The notes beneath the pieces were generated by a model. It saw nothing but the letters and a program-made list of their open reading frames with translations. It had not been told where the DNA came from and ran no database searches. This document shows, one piece after another, positions 24,015 to 31,297 of a DNA stretch of 35,629 nucleotides. The stretch is from Dermatophilaceae bacterium (GTDB lineage: Bacteria > Actinomycetota > Actinomycetes > Actinomycetales > Dermatophilaceae), in the NCBI GenBank assembly GCA_051650465.1, contig JBOFJB010000371.1, forward strand, positions 1-35,629, in the 5' to 3' direction. Position numbers and translations under genes: made by a program. Each line of letters opens with the position of its first letter. Position 1 is the stretch's first letter.

Positions 24015-24140
24015 CTCAGCCGTGGCGGGGCTCAGCCGTCCCGGCCGTGGCGGGGCTCAGCCGTCCCGGCCGTGGCGGGGCTCAGCCGTCCCGGCCGCTC
24101 CTGACCGTGGCGGCGCTCAGCCGTCTCGGCCGTAGATCTC
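24015..24140. repeat. 25-bp tandem array (about 4-5 copies, one with a 10-bp insert); the last copy is the stop codon plus last codons of the minus-strand HFCD gene
   Basis: The unit ctcagccgtcccggccgtggcgggg occurs at 24031-24055 and 24056-24080. A variant lies at 24081-24115. The copy starting at 24116 (ctcagccgtctcggccgtag) contains the stop codon and final codons of the HFCD gene. A partial copy lies at 24015-24030. Confidence 0.85.
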
Positions 24141-24698
24141 CCGCAACGCGGCCGTCACAGCCTCGGGCTCGGGCACGGCCGGGTGCGAGACCAGCTCGCC
24201 GGTCGCGACGTCGCGGCTGTCGTGCCACACCGGCTCGACCACGCGGTGGCCGTCGGCGCGCAGCTGGGCCACGTTGCGGGTCACCGCCGGGCTGGTCCAC
24301 ATGTGCGATCCCATGTGCGGCACGAACACCGAGCGGAACGCCGCCGACAGCACGACGGTGGTGAGCCGGTTGGGCGCGGCGCCGGTGGCCACCGCCGAGA
24401 GGGTGTGCGCGGTCGCGGGGAGCACGACGATGGCGTCGTGGTCGGCGGCGAGTCGTGACGGGCGGTCGGTCGGCCAGTCGGCCGGCTGCTCACCCGCGAC
24501 GACGTGCTCGGCCGAGAGCTGGGCCACGTGCGGCGGCAGGAACGTGGTGGCGGTGTGCGTCATCAGGACCGTGTAGGTGCCGCCGAACGCGGCGCGCATC
24601 GCGTCGAGGTAGCGCGGCAGCGAGGAGACGGCGATGGAGCCCGTCGCACCCACGAGGATCCTGGGACGCTCGGGCAGATGAAAATCATTCTCGTTCAC
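24117..24698 (-). CDS. HFCD-family flavoprotein (EpiD/MrsD/CoaC-like cysteine decarboxylase); HlmF-like
   Basis: RILVGATGSIAVSS, VVLPATAHTLSAVATG (PASANT-type motif), FVPHMGSHMW (PxMNxxMW-type motif) and LRADGHRVVEP are present and collinear with MrsD/EpiD. I chose the GTG 24698 start (MNENDFHLPERPRILVG). The track start at 24770 is a TTG and remains possible. Confidence 0.8.
   Translation of the reverse strand: MNENDFHLPERPRILVGATGSIAVSSLPRYLDAMRAAFGGTYTVLMTHTATTFLPPHVAQLSAEHVVAGEQPADWPTDRPSRLAADHDAIVVLPATAHTLSAVATGAAPNRLTTVVLSAAFRSVFVPHMGSHMWTSPAVTRNVAQLRADGHRVVEPVWHDSRDVATGELVSHPAVPEPEAVTAALREIYGRDG
24679..24693. promoter_or_regulatory. Second Fur/Zur-like 7-1-7 candidate overlapping codons 3-7 of the HFCD gene
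   Basis: The plus strand reads TGAAAAT-C-ATTCTCG. The left half is a perfect TGAAAAT, and the right half matches ATTTTCA at 5 of 7. The patch is encoded by four consecutive T-ending codons AAT GAT TTT CAT in a genome that otherwise prefers C-ending synonyms. Confidence 0.4.
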
Positions 24699-24795
24699 GA
24701 GACCATTCTGGGCGGCCGGCCGAGCCGCGGCAACCGCAATGCGCGGGACACCGTCGAGTGACGTCGACAAGCACGTCCGTCGCTACCCTTACGGC

Positions 24796-25119
24796 ATGAG
24801 GAGCGAGCCGACATCGGAGACGCTGCGGCTACGGGCGGTCCTCGATCGGCACCAGAGCGGTGTGGGCGCGGTGCTCGACCGGTTCGGCGCCACCAACCCG
24901 CGGTTGTTCGGGTCCGTCGCTCGCGGCGACGCTCGGGACGACAGCGATCTCGACCTTCTCGTCGACCTGAGTCCTGGCCGTGGCAACGAGCTGATGCGCG
25001 TTGCCGGCCTCGCCGAGGAGCTCAGCGAGCTTCTGGGGATTCGCGTCGATGTCGTGGCCGCGACGCTTCTCCGCGACAACGTCTCGGCCACCGCTCTCGA
25101 GGATGCCGTGGCCGTATGA
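24796..25119 (+). CDS. mntA: Nucleotidyltransferase-domain antitoxin (MNT/MntA type)
   Basis: LFGSVARGDARDDSDLDLLVDL is the GSxxRG...DxD minimal nucleotidyltransferase motif. The start is set at ATG 24796. Confidence 0.85.
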   Translation: MRSEPTSETLRLRAVLDRHQSGVGAVLDRFGATNPRLFGSVARGDARDDSDLDLLVDLSPGRGNELMRVAGLAEELSELLGIRVDVVAATLLRDNVSATALEDAVAV

Positions 25120-25430
25120 GCCGCTCGGACGCGCAGCGCCTGGACGACATCCGGTCGGCGATCTCGCGCTGCATCGCCTACCGCGACCATCTCGACTCCA
25201 CCGAGCTGGGCCCGATGGCCTACGACGCGGTGCTCCGCAACCTTGCCGTCGTCGGCGAGGCGGTCAAGGCCCTCCCCGACGACGTCAAGAAGGCCCACCC
25301 GGGCACGCCCTGGACCTCGATCGCCGGCCTGCGCAACGTCGTCGTCCACGAGTACTTCCGGGTCGACCCGGACCTGATCCGGGACATCGTCGACAACCAG
25401 CTGGCTCCGCTCCTGAACGACATCGGCTGA
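25116..25430 (+). CDS. hepT: HEPN-domain (DUF86) ribonuclease toxin (HepT type)
   Basis: RNVVVHEY matches the Rx4HxY HEPN motif. There is an ATGA overlap with the MNT gene. Confidence 0.85.
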   Translation: MSRSDAQRLDDIRSAISRCIAYRDHLDSTELGPMAYDAVLRNLAVVGEAVKALPDDVKKAHPGTPWTSIAGLRNVVVHEYFRVDPDLIRDIVDNQLAPLLNDIG

Positions 25431-25454
25431 CCCCCGGTCTGGACGGCAGGCGTC

Positions 25455-26414
25455 TCAGCCGCCCGCCGAGCGGTCGCGGTACTCGCCCGGGGTCACGCCC
25501 ACCAGGGCGGTGAACTCGCGGATGAAGTGCGCCTGGTCGTACCAGCCGTAGCGGTGGGCGAGCTCGGTGAGCGTGCCGTCGAACCCGGCGTCGAGATCGG
25601 CGACCGCGTCGTGCATGCGGTACCGAGCGAGCACCCACTTCGGCCCCACCCCGACGTAGTGCGTGAACAGCCGCTGCAGCGTGCGCTGCGTCGTGCCACC
25701 GCGACGGGCGACCTCGGCCACCGTGAGCAGCGCCCGGTCGGCGAGCATCTGCGCGACCACCTCGAGCAGCAGCTCGTACCGCGGGTCGACATCGGGCCGG
25801 ATGCCGCCCAGCACCTCCTCGGCGATGCCCGCCCAGGCGCCGACGTCCTCGACGAGCGCCGGGTCGTCGAGCCGGGCGCACACGTCATCCGGGAGCACCT
25901 CGCGCGCGGGAAGCGTGCGGTCGGTCCATGCGGATGCCGCCCGGCCGGCGAGCGCGGCGAGCCCACCCGGGCGGAACCGCACGCCGGCGACCCGGCCCCG
26001 GCCGCGCACGTCGACGTCGAAGCGGCGGGTGACCACCCCGGTGACGACCAGCCGCTCCCCCGGCGGCACGTCGACCCGCGGGTGGGTCAGCACCTCCAGG
26101 GTGAGCGCGCAGGTGGGATGCGGCAGGGTTGCGCTGGCGAACCACCGTCCGTCGGGCAGGTCCCAGCGCAGCGACCAGTGGTTCTCGACCCAGGCCGCCA
26201 CCGGCGCCCCCGCGCGCTCCCGCCGCAGCGTCACGTGCCGGCCGAACTCCTCAGGCCGCAGGATGCCGGCGAACGACGCGGTGGCGGCCGGCTTCCGGCC
26301 CGATCCACCAACCGACGCCGCGTCCTGCTCGGGACGGACGCGACCGGTCGACCCCCGGGAATCTGTCGGGCTTGTCCTAGCCGGCACGGGCCCAGCGTAG
26401 GAGGGTCGCCTCAT
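25455..26414 (-). CDS. AraC-family transcriptional regulator
   Basis: The C-terminal double HTH reads LTVAEVARRGGTTQRTLQRLF ... LTELAHRYGWYDQAHFIREFTALVGVTPGEYR. The only in-frame ATG upstream of the conserved N-terminal domain is at 26414, and the start is uncertain. The 682-aa track ORF is a read-through artefact. Confidence 0.8.
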   Translation of the reverse strand: MRRPSYAGPVPARTSPTDSRGSTGRVRPEQDAASVGGSGRKPAATASFAGILRPEEFGRHVTLRRERAGAPVAAWVENHWSLRWDLPDGRWFASATLPHPTCALTLEVLTHPRVDVPPGERLVVTGVVTRRFDVDVRGRGRVAGVRFRPGGLAALAGRAASAWTDRTLPAREVLPDDVCARLDDPALVEDVGAWAGIAEEVLGGIRPDVDPRYELLLEVVAQMLADRALLTVAEVARRGGTTQRTLQRLFTHYVGVGPKWVLARYRMHDAVADLDAGFDGTLTELAHRYGWYDQAHFIREFTALVGVTPGEYRDRSAGG

Positions 26415-26442
26415 CCGGCCCACCGACGAGAGGACCCACCCC

Positions 26443-26814
26443 ATGGCCGCCGCCGCCCTGAAGATGCTCAGCCTCGACAGCTCCGACGCCCGCCGCGACG
26501 CCGCGTTCTGGTCGCAACTGCTCGGCTGGGACGTCGCCCACGAGGAGGACGCGTACGCGATGCTCACCGGGCCCGGCGGGATGGCTCTGGGGTTCGGCAC
26601 CCTCCCCGACCACCAGCCGCCCGCCTGGCCGAACGAGCACGGCACCAAGCAGTTCCACCTCGACCTCGCCGTCGACGACCTCGACGAGGGCGCCGCCGCC
26701 TGCGTGGCGCTGGGCGCGACCCTGCCCGAGGAGCAGCCCGGCGAGACCTGGCGGGTGCTGCTGGACCCGAGCGGCCACCCGTTCTGCCTCAGCCTCGCCA
26801 CCAACTGGGGATGA
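26443..26814 (+). CDS. VOC (glyoxalase/bleomycin-resistance/dioxygenase) family protein
   Basis: DARRDAAFWSQLLGW, a central region, then FHLDLAVDDLD and LLDPSGHPFCL give the typical VOC beta-alpha-beta-beta-beta signature. It is divergent from the AraC gene. Confidence 0.8.
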   Translation: MAAAALKMLSLDSSDARRDAAFWSQLLGWDVAHEEDAYAMLTGPGGMALGFGTLPDHQPPAWPNEHGTKQFHLDLAVDDLDEGAAACVALGATLPEEQPGETWRVLLDPSGHPFCLSLATNWG

Positions 26815-26833
26815 CGCCGGCGGCCCGGCCCGT

Positions 26834-26857
26834 CCCGAACCCGATCCCGATCCCGAT
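26834..26857. repeat. Hexamer microsatellite (cccgaa + cccgat x3)
   Basis: Read directly from the sequence. It has the same CCCGAn flavour as the array at 14173-14280. Confidence 0.7.
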
Positions 26858-26946
26858 CCCGGATGACGCGCCGCGCACCATGGCCGGCCGGCGGAGCCGC
26901 CTCGCCCACAGTGTGAGACCGCGGACGCCGCCCCCGCCCCGGCGCG

Positions 26947-27891
26947 ATGAGCGCGAGGATGGCGTGCGTGCAAGGAGTCGTGCTGGGGTTCGCGACCATC
27001 GCCGCCGTCATCGGCATCGGCGCGCTGGTCGCCCATCTCGGCATCGTCGACCTCGGCGCCCAGGCGGTCCTGAATCGGGTGGCGTTCTTCGTCGCCTCCC
27101 CCGCGCTGCTGCTCACCACGGTGGCGCAGGCCGATGTGCATGAGGTGCTGTCGCCGGGCCTGGCCGCCACCGTCGCTGGTGTCGCCGTCCCCGCGGCCGG
27201 GTACCTGACGGTCGCCCGGTGGCGGTGGCGCCGTTCCGTCGGCGAACAGGTGATCGGAGCGCTCGCGAGTTCGTACGTCAATGCCGGCAACCTCGGACTG
27301 CCGGTGGCGGCGTACGTCCTCGGGGACGCCGCGTTCGTGGCCCCGACCCTGCTGCTCCAGTTGGTCGTGCTCCAGCCGCTGGCGCTCGCGGTGCTCGACG
27401 CCGAGGTGCGTGGGCGCCGACCGTCGGTCGTCGACGTCGCGCTCCGCCCATGGACCAATCCGCTCACCGTCGGAACGCTCGTCGGGCTGGTGCTCGCCAT
27501 CACGGGGTGGCACCTGCCGCCGTTGCTCGCCGACCCGGTCGAGCTGGTCGGGGCGATGGCGGTGCCGGCGATGCTGCTCGCCTACGGCATCGCGCTGCGC
27601 CTCGGTCCAGGCTTCGGCGGAGACGTGCCCAACGGTGAGCTGGCGTTCACCAGCGCCCTGAAGCTCGCGGTGCAGCCGCTCGTCGCCTACGCCGTGGCGC
27701 ATCACGCGCTCGGAGTCTCGGGGCACGCACTGCTCGCGGTCGTCGTGTGCGCGAGCCTGCCGACCGCGCAGAACATCTTCGTGCACGCGTCCCGCTACGA
27801 CCGTTCACCGACCCTGGCACGCGACACGATCCTGGTGACGACGGTCGGATCGGTTCCCCTCGTGGCTCTCGTCGTCGCTGTGCTCGGATGA
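26947..27891 (+). CDS. AEC (auxin efflux carrier) family transporter
   Basis: VVLGFATIAAVIGIGALVAHLGIV, VLNRVAFFVASPALLL and about 10 hydrophobic segments are present. The size of 314 aa is typical. Confidence 0.8.
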   Translation: MSARMACVQGVVLGFATIAAVIGIGALVAHLGIVDLGAQAVLNRVAFFVASPALLLTTVAQADVHEVLSPGLAATVAGVAVPAAGYLTVARWRWRRSVGEQVIGALASSYVNAGNLGLPVAAYVLGDAAFVAPTLLLQLVVLQPLALAVLDAEVRGRRPSVVDVALRPWTNPLTVGTLVGLVLAITGWHLPPLLADPVELVGAMAVPAMLLAYGIALRLGPGFGGDVPNGELAFTSALKLAVQPLVAYAVAHHALGVSGHALLAVVVCASLPTAQNIFVHASRYDRSPTLARDTILVTTVGSVPLVALVVAVLG

Positions 27892-27959
27892 CGCCGCCCG
27901 CCGGTCACTGCCGCCGTCGCGTGAACGTCCGCGGCCACCGCCGGGGTGACAATGGGCGG

Positions 27960-28349
27960 GTGATCACCGTCGAGTTGGCCAGGGCGCTGGTCGACGCCGG
28001 TGTGCTCTGGGAGCCGCGGCCCGGCGACCGATTCGTCGTCGATGCCGAACTGCTCACCGGTGACGTCTTCTGGGTGTCCGACCTCACCGTCGAGGTGCAC
28101 TCCTTCCGCGGGCAGCGCCTGCTCGGCTTCAACGGCACCACCGAGTGGGCGCTCGACTCGGTCACCCTCGACCAGGCCCTGTGGCTCCCCCGCGAGGACC
28201 AGCTACGCGCGCTGCTCGGCAACCGGCTGCGCACCGTCACCCGCACGGACACGGGGTGGCGAGTGCACTGGCGCGACGCGGGCGTCGAGCATGTGCTCGA
28301 GGACGCCGACCTCGAATGCGCCTACGCCCGAGCCGTTCTCGCGCTCTAA
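27960..28349 (+). CDS. Hypothetical protein
   Basis: A GTG start lies in the frame of track ORF 27747..28349. The codon usage looks coding and the composition looks non-shadow (VITVELARALVDAGVLWEPRPGDRF...). I recognise no family. Confidence 0.45.
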   Translation: MITVELARALVDAGVLWEPRPGDRFVVDAELLTGDVFWVSDLTVEVHSFRGQRLLGFNGTTEWALDSVTLDQALWLPREDQLRALLGNRLRTVTRTDTGWRVHWRDAGVEHVLEDADLECAYARAVLAL

Positions 28350-28467
28350 CTCTCGACAGGGCCGCGGCCGACACTCGATATCCGCCGCACCGCGCGCTGA
28401 CGGCTGGCCGCTCGCTGACCACGACCACCGGGGTCCTGCGCGAACCGCAGCGCGAGCGCGTCGACTA

Positions 28468-29385
28468 CTAGTCGTCGACGCCGCGGAGCCCGCCGAGGAA
28501 CTCGGACGTAGCGGCGGCGATCTCGGCCTGGCCGGCGGTGCGATCCGCGGTGGCGGTGCCATCGCGGCGCTGCCCGCCGTAGTCGCCGAACATCGCGTGG
28601 TTCGCCCCCGCCACCTCGACGAACTGCGCCGCCGGTGGCAGGTCGGCCCGCGACGCCTCGATGTCGGCCGGCGCCGTGAGTCTGTCGCGCGAGCCGGACA
28701 CCACGAGCGCTGGCCGGTCCGCATCGGCGATCGAGGATGCCGGGTAGCTCGCCCAGAGCACCAGACCAGCCGGGCCACGCTCTCCGCTGAGTTGGCCTGC
28801 CGCGGCGACGCCCCCGAGCGAGTGTCCACCGACGGCCCAACGCTCGGTCTGGGGCATCCGGTCGGCCGCCACCGCGGCGGCATCCGGCGAGAGCAGGGCC
28901 AGGCCGAGTGGGGCCTTGGCCACCACCACCGGGTGCCCTGCTTCGGCGACCAGCGACAGCAGCGGCACGTACGCCCGGGGGTCGACCAGCCCGCCCGGAT
29001 GGAACGCGAGCCCGGCCGCGTCCGGGTCGAACGACCGCGGCCGGATGACGATCGCCGTCACCGACTCCTCGACCACCACCACCGGGCTGCCACCCATCGC
29101 GGTCTCCGCGCGCATCGTGCCAGGGCGCGGTCGTCCGGCCACGGTGACCACCAGCAGGACCACCGCACTGAGACCGGCCACGACGTACCGGAGCCGGCGC
29201 AGACGACCGGGCGCCGGACGCCCAGCGGCGATCGCGGCCGCGACCCCAAGCGTGACCAGCAGGACTGCGGCGTAGGCCGGGTGGCTGTGCACGACCGCAC
29301 CCCATGCCGTGACGAGCGCCCACCCGACGCCGGCCACCAGCAACAGTGCGGCGACCAACCGGACCCGACTCAGCCGAGCGCGCAC
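28468..29385 (-). CDS. Membrane-anchored alpha/beta hydrolase
   Basis: N-terminal TM segments (LVAALLLVAGVGWALV, LSAVVLLVVTVAG) are followed by the GGHSLGG nucleophile elbow. I trimmed the start to GTG 29385, because the track ORF would otherwise overlap the upstream gene by about 200 nt. The start is uncertain. Confidence 0.7.
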   Translation of the reverse strand: MRARLSRVRLVAALLLVAGVGWALVTAWGAVVHSHPAYAAVLLVTLGVAAAIAAGRPAPGRLRRLRYVVAGLSAVVLLVVTVAGRPRPGTMRAETAMGGSPVVVVEESVTAIVIRPRSFDPDAAGLAFHPGGLVDPRAYVPLLSLVAEAGHPVVVAKAPLGLALLSPDAAAVAADRMPQTERWAVGGHSLGGVAAAGQLSGERGPAGLVLWASYPASSIADADRPALVVSGSRDRLTAPADIEASRADLPPAAQFVEVAGANHAMFGDYGGQRRDGTATADRTAGQAEIAAATSEFLGGLRGVDD

Positions 29386-29506
29386 GTCATCTGCCCTGGG
29401 CAGGCCAGCAACACCGGCCGGTCTGACAACGCGACCGTCATCCGCGCTTGGCGCCAGATGAGGATGTCGGTGGACGGGTCCGTGGACAACGACATCCGAC
29501 CTCCTG

Positions 29507-31243
29507 TCACCGGCGGCGCCGGCTGGTGCCGAAGACCGACCTGGTGATCTCGCGGCCGATGACCGTGCCGGCCGAACGCAGCATCGACTTGAACGCCGAG
29601 CTCTTGACGACCTTCTCGACCATGCCCGGCTCGTCGGCCTTGGGCTTCGGTTCGGCACGCGTGGCAGGTGGCTTTCCGGCCGGTGGGGTCCCGGGCGCCT
29701 TCTCGGCATCGGCCGGCGCGGCCGAGCCGGCGGCGCGGTCGAGCATCTCGGCGGCCGACTCGCGCTCGGTCGCCGTCTTGGGGTACTTCGCTGCCAGCGA
29801 GGAACCCGCGACCGTCGACTCGAGCAACGCCGCCGGCGACGGCGCCATCAGCGACTCAGGGGCGCGCATCCGGGTCCAGGCCACCGGGGTCGGCGCGCCC
29901 TTCTCGGAGAGCACGGTGATGACCGCCTCGCCGGTGCCGAGCGTCGTGAGCAGTTCGGCGAGGTCGTACTCGGTGTTGGGGTAGGTCTGCACGGCCGCCT
30001 TGAGCGCCTTGGCGTCATCCGGGGTGAAGGCGCGCAGCGCGTGCTGCACCCGGCTGCCGAGCTGGGCGAGCACCTCGTCGGGCACGTCGGTGGGCGACTG
30101 GGTGACGAAGAAGACCCCGACCCCCTTGGAGCGGATGAGGCGTACCGCCTGCTGCACGGCGTCGAGGAAGTCGGGGCTGGCGTCGTTGAACAGCAGGTGC
30201 GCCTCGTCGAAGAAGAACACCAGCTTGGGCTTGTCGGCGTCGCCCACCTCGGGCAGGTCGTGGAACAGGTCGGCGAGCAGCCACATGAGGAACGTCGAGA
30301 ACAGCTGCGGCTTGTCCTGCACCGCCGCCAGCTCAAGCATCGACGCGACGCCCCGCCCGTCGGGGCCGGTGCGGAGCAGGTCGGCGGTGTCGAACTCGGG
30401 CATCCCGAAGAACGCGTCGGCGCCCTGGGCCGAGAAGTTGACCAGCTCGCGGAGGATGACGCCCGCGGTGGCGGCCGACAGCCCGCCGAGCTGTTCGAGG
30501 TCGGCCTTGCCCTCGTCGGAAGTGAGGAACTGCACGACCGCGCGCAGGTCGGCCACGGTGTCGAGCCACAACTTCTTGGTGTCGGCGTAGTGGAACACCA
30601 GCCCCAGGCTCGACTCCTGGGTGGCGTTCAGCCCGAGCACCTTCGCGAGCAGCGTCGGCCCGAACGCCGAGATGGTGGTGCGAACCGGGATGCCGGTGCC
30701 GAGCCCGCCGAGTGCGTAGAACTCGGTGGGGTACGGGGTGGGCTCCCACGTCATCCCAATGTCTTTGGCGCGGGCGCTGACCTTGTCGTTCGGCTCGCCG
30801 GGGCTCGCCAGGCCGGACAGATCGCCCTTGACGTCGGCGAGGAACACCGGCACGCCGGCCTCGACCAACTGCTCGGCCATCAGCTGCAGCGTCTTGGTCT
30901 TGCCGGTGCCGGTGGCGCCCGCGACCAGTCCGTGCCGGTTCATCGCCGCGAGCGGGATGCCGACCGGCACGTCGGCATGCGCCGTGCCGTCGACGACCGC
31001 AGCCCCGAACTGCAGTGCCGCACCCTCGAAGGAGTAGCCGGCGCGGATCGTGTCGAGCAACGGCGAGCCGGATGACGTGCCCGTGGCCTTCTCGGCAGAG
31101 GCGGCGGCACCGGCTGCCGGCGACTCCGGGTTGCCGGCGTCGGCCTCTGCGGGCTCGACGCTCGCGGGCGCGGCATCGCCCTGCGGAGGGAGGTTCTGGT
31201 CTGGGGTGCTCGTGGGATCGGCGCTGTCGGTCACCCAGGTCAA
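29507..31243 (-). CDS. HerA-like P-loop ATPase, DUF853/YjgR family
   Basis: Walker A GATGTGKTKTLQLM and Walker B-like LVFFFDEAHLLF are present. The C-terminal tail is basic and disordered. Confidence 0.85.
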   Translation of the reverse strand: MTWVTDSADPTSTPDQNLPPQGDAAPASVEPAEADAGNPESPAAGAAASAEKATGTSSGSPLLDTIRAGYSFEGAALQFGAAVVDGTAHADVPVGIPLAAMNRHGLVAGATGTGKTKTLQLMAEQLVEAGVPVFLADVKGDLSGLASPGEPNDKVSARAKDIGMTWEPTPYPTEFYALGGLGTGIPVRTTISAFGPTLLAKVLGLNATQESSLGLVFHYADTKKLWLDTVADLRAVVQFLTSDEGKADLEQLGGLSAATAGVILRELVNFSAQGADAFFGMPEFDTADLLRTGPDGRGVASMLELAAVQDKPQLFSTFLMWLLADLFHDLPEVGDADKPKLVFFFDEAHLLFNDASPDFLDAVQQAVRLIRSKGVGVFFVTQSPTDVPDEVLAQLGSRVQHALRAFTPDDAKALKAAVQTYPNTEYDLAELLTTLGTGEAVITVLSEKGAPTPVAWTRMRAPESLMAPSPAALLESTVAGSSLAAKYPKTATERESAAEMLDRAAGSAAPADAEKAPGTPPAGKPPATRAEPKPKADEPGMVEKVVKSSAFKSMLRSAGTVIGREITRSVFGTSRRRR

Positions 31244-31297
31244 TCTAGTGGTCGGCTGTCAGCGCGCCACCGTGCCGGCTGCGCTGGGCGCTCTACA

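Noticed and set aside
23975-24116. RiPP-type precursor peptide next to the LanD-like flavoprotein (a linaridin/thioamitide/lipolanthine-style system), possibly encoded by the repeat region.
   Set aside because: The repeat period is 25 bp, not a multiple of 3. I found no start codon with a ribosome-binding site. No lanthionine synthetase, YcaO or other RiPP maturase is present. The full Hlm-like enzyme set explains the flavoprotein better.
24015-24140. CRISPR array (also considered for 5805-5884 and 14173-14280).
   Set aside because: The repeats are directly abutting with no unique spacers. The units are 20-36 bp with no cas genes nearby. These are plain tandem repeats.
25455-27503. 682-aa minus-strand ORF as one large protein.
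   Set aside because: Only the C-terminal 319 residues look like a real AraC-family protein. The upstream part is antisense to the VOC and AEC genes and is low-complexity.
28468-29709. Full 413-aa version of the hydrolase ORF.
   Set aside because: The first 100 or so residues are Arg/Ser/Pro junk and would overlap the 3' end of the HerA-like gene by about 200 nt. The hydrophobic N-terminal anchor begins after GTG 29385.
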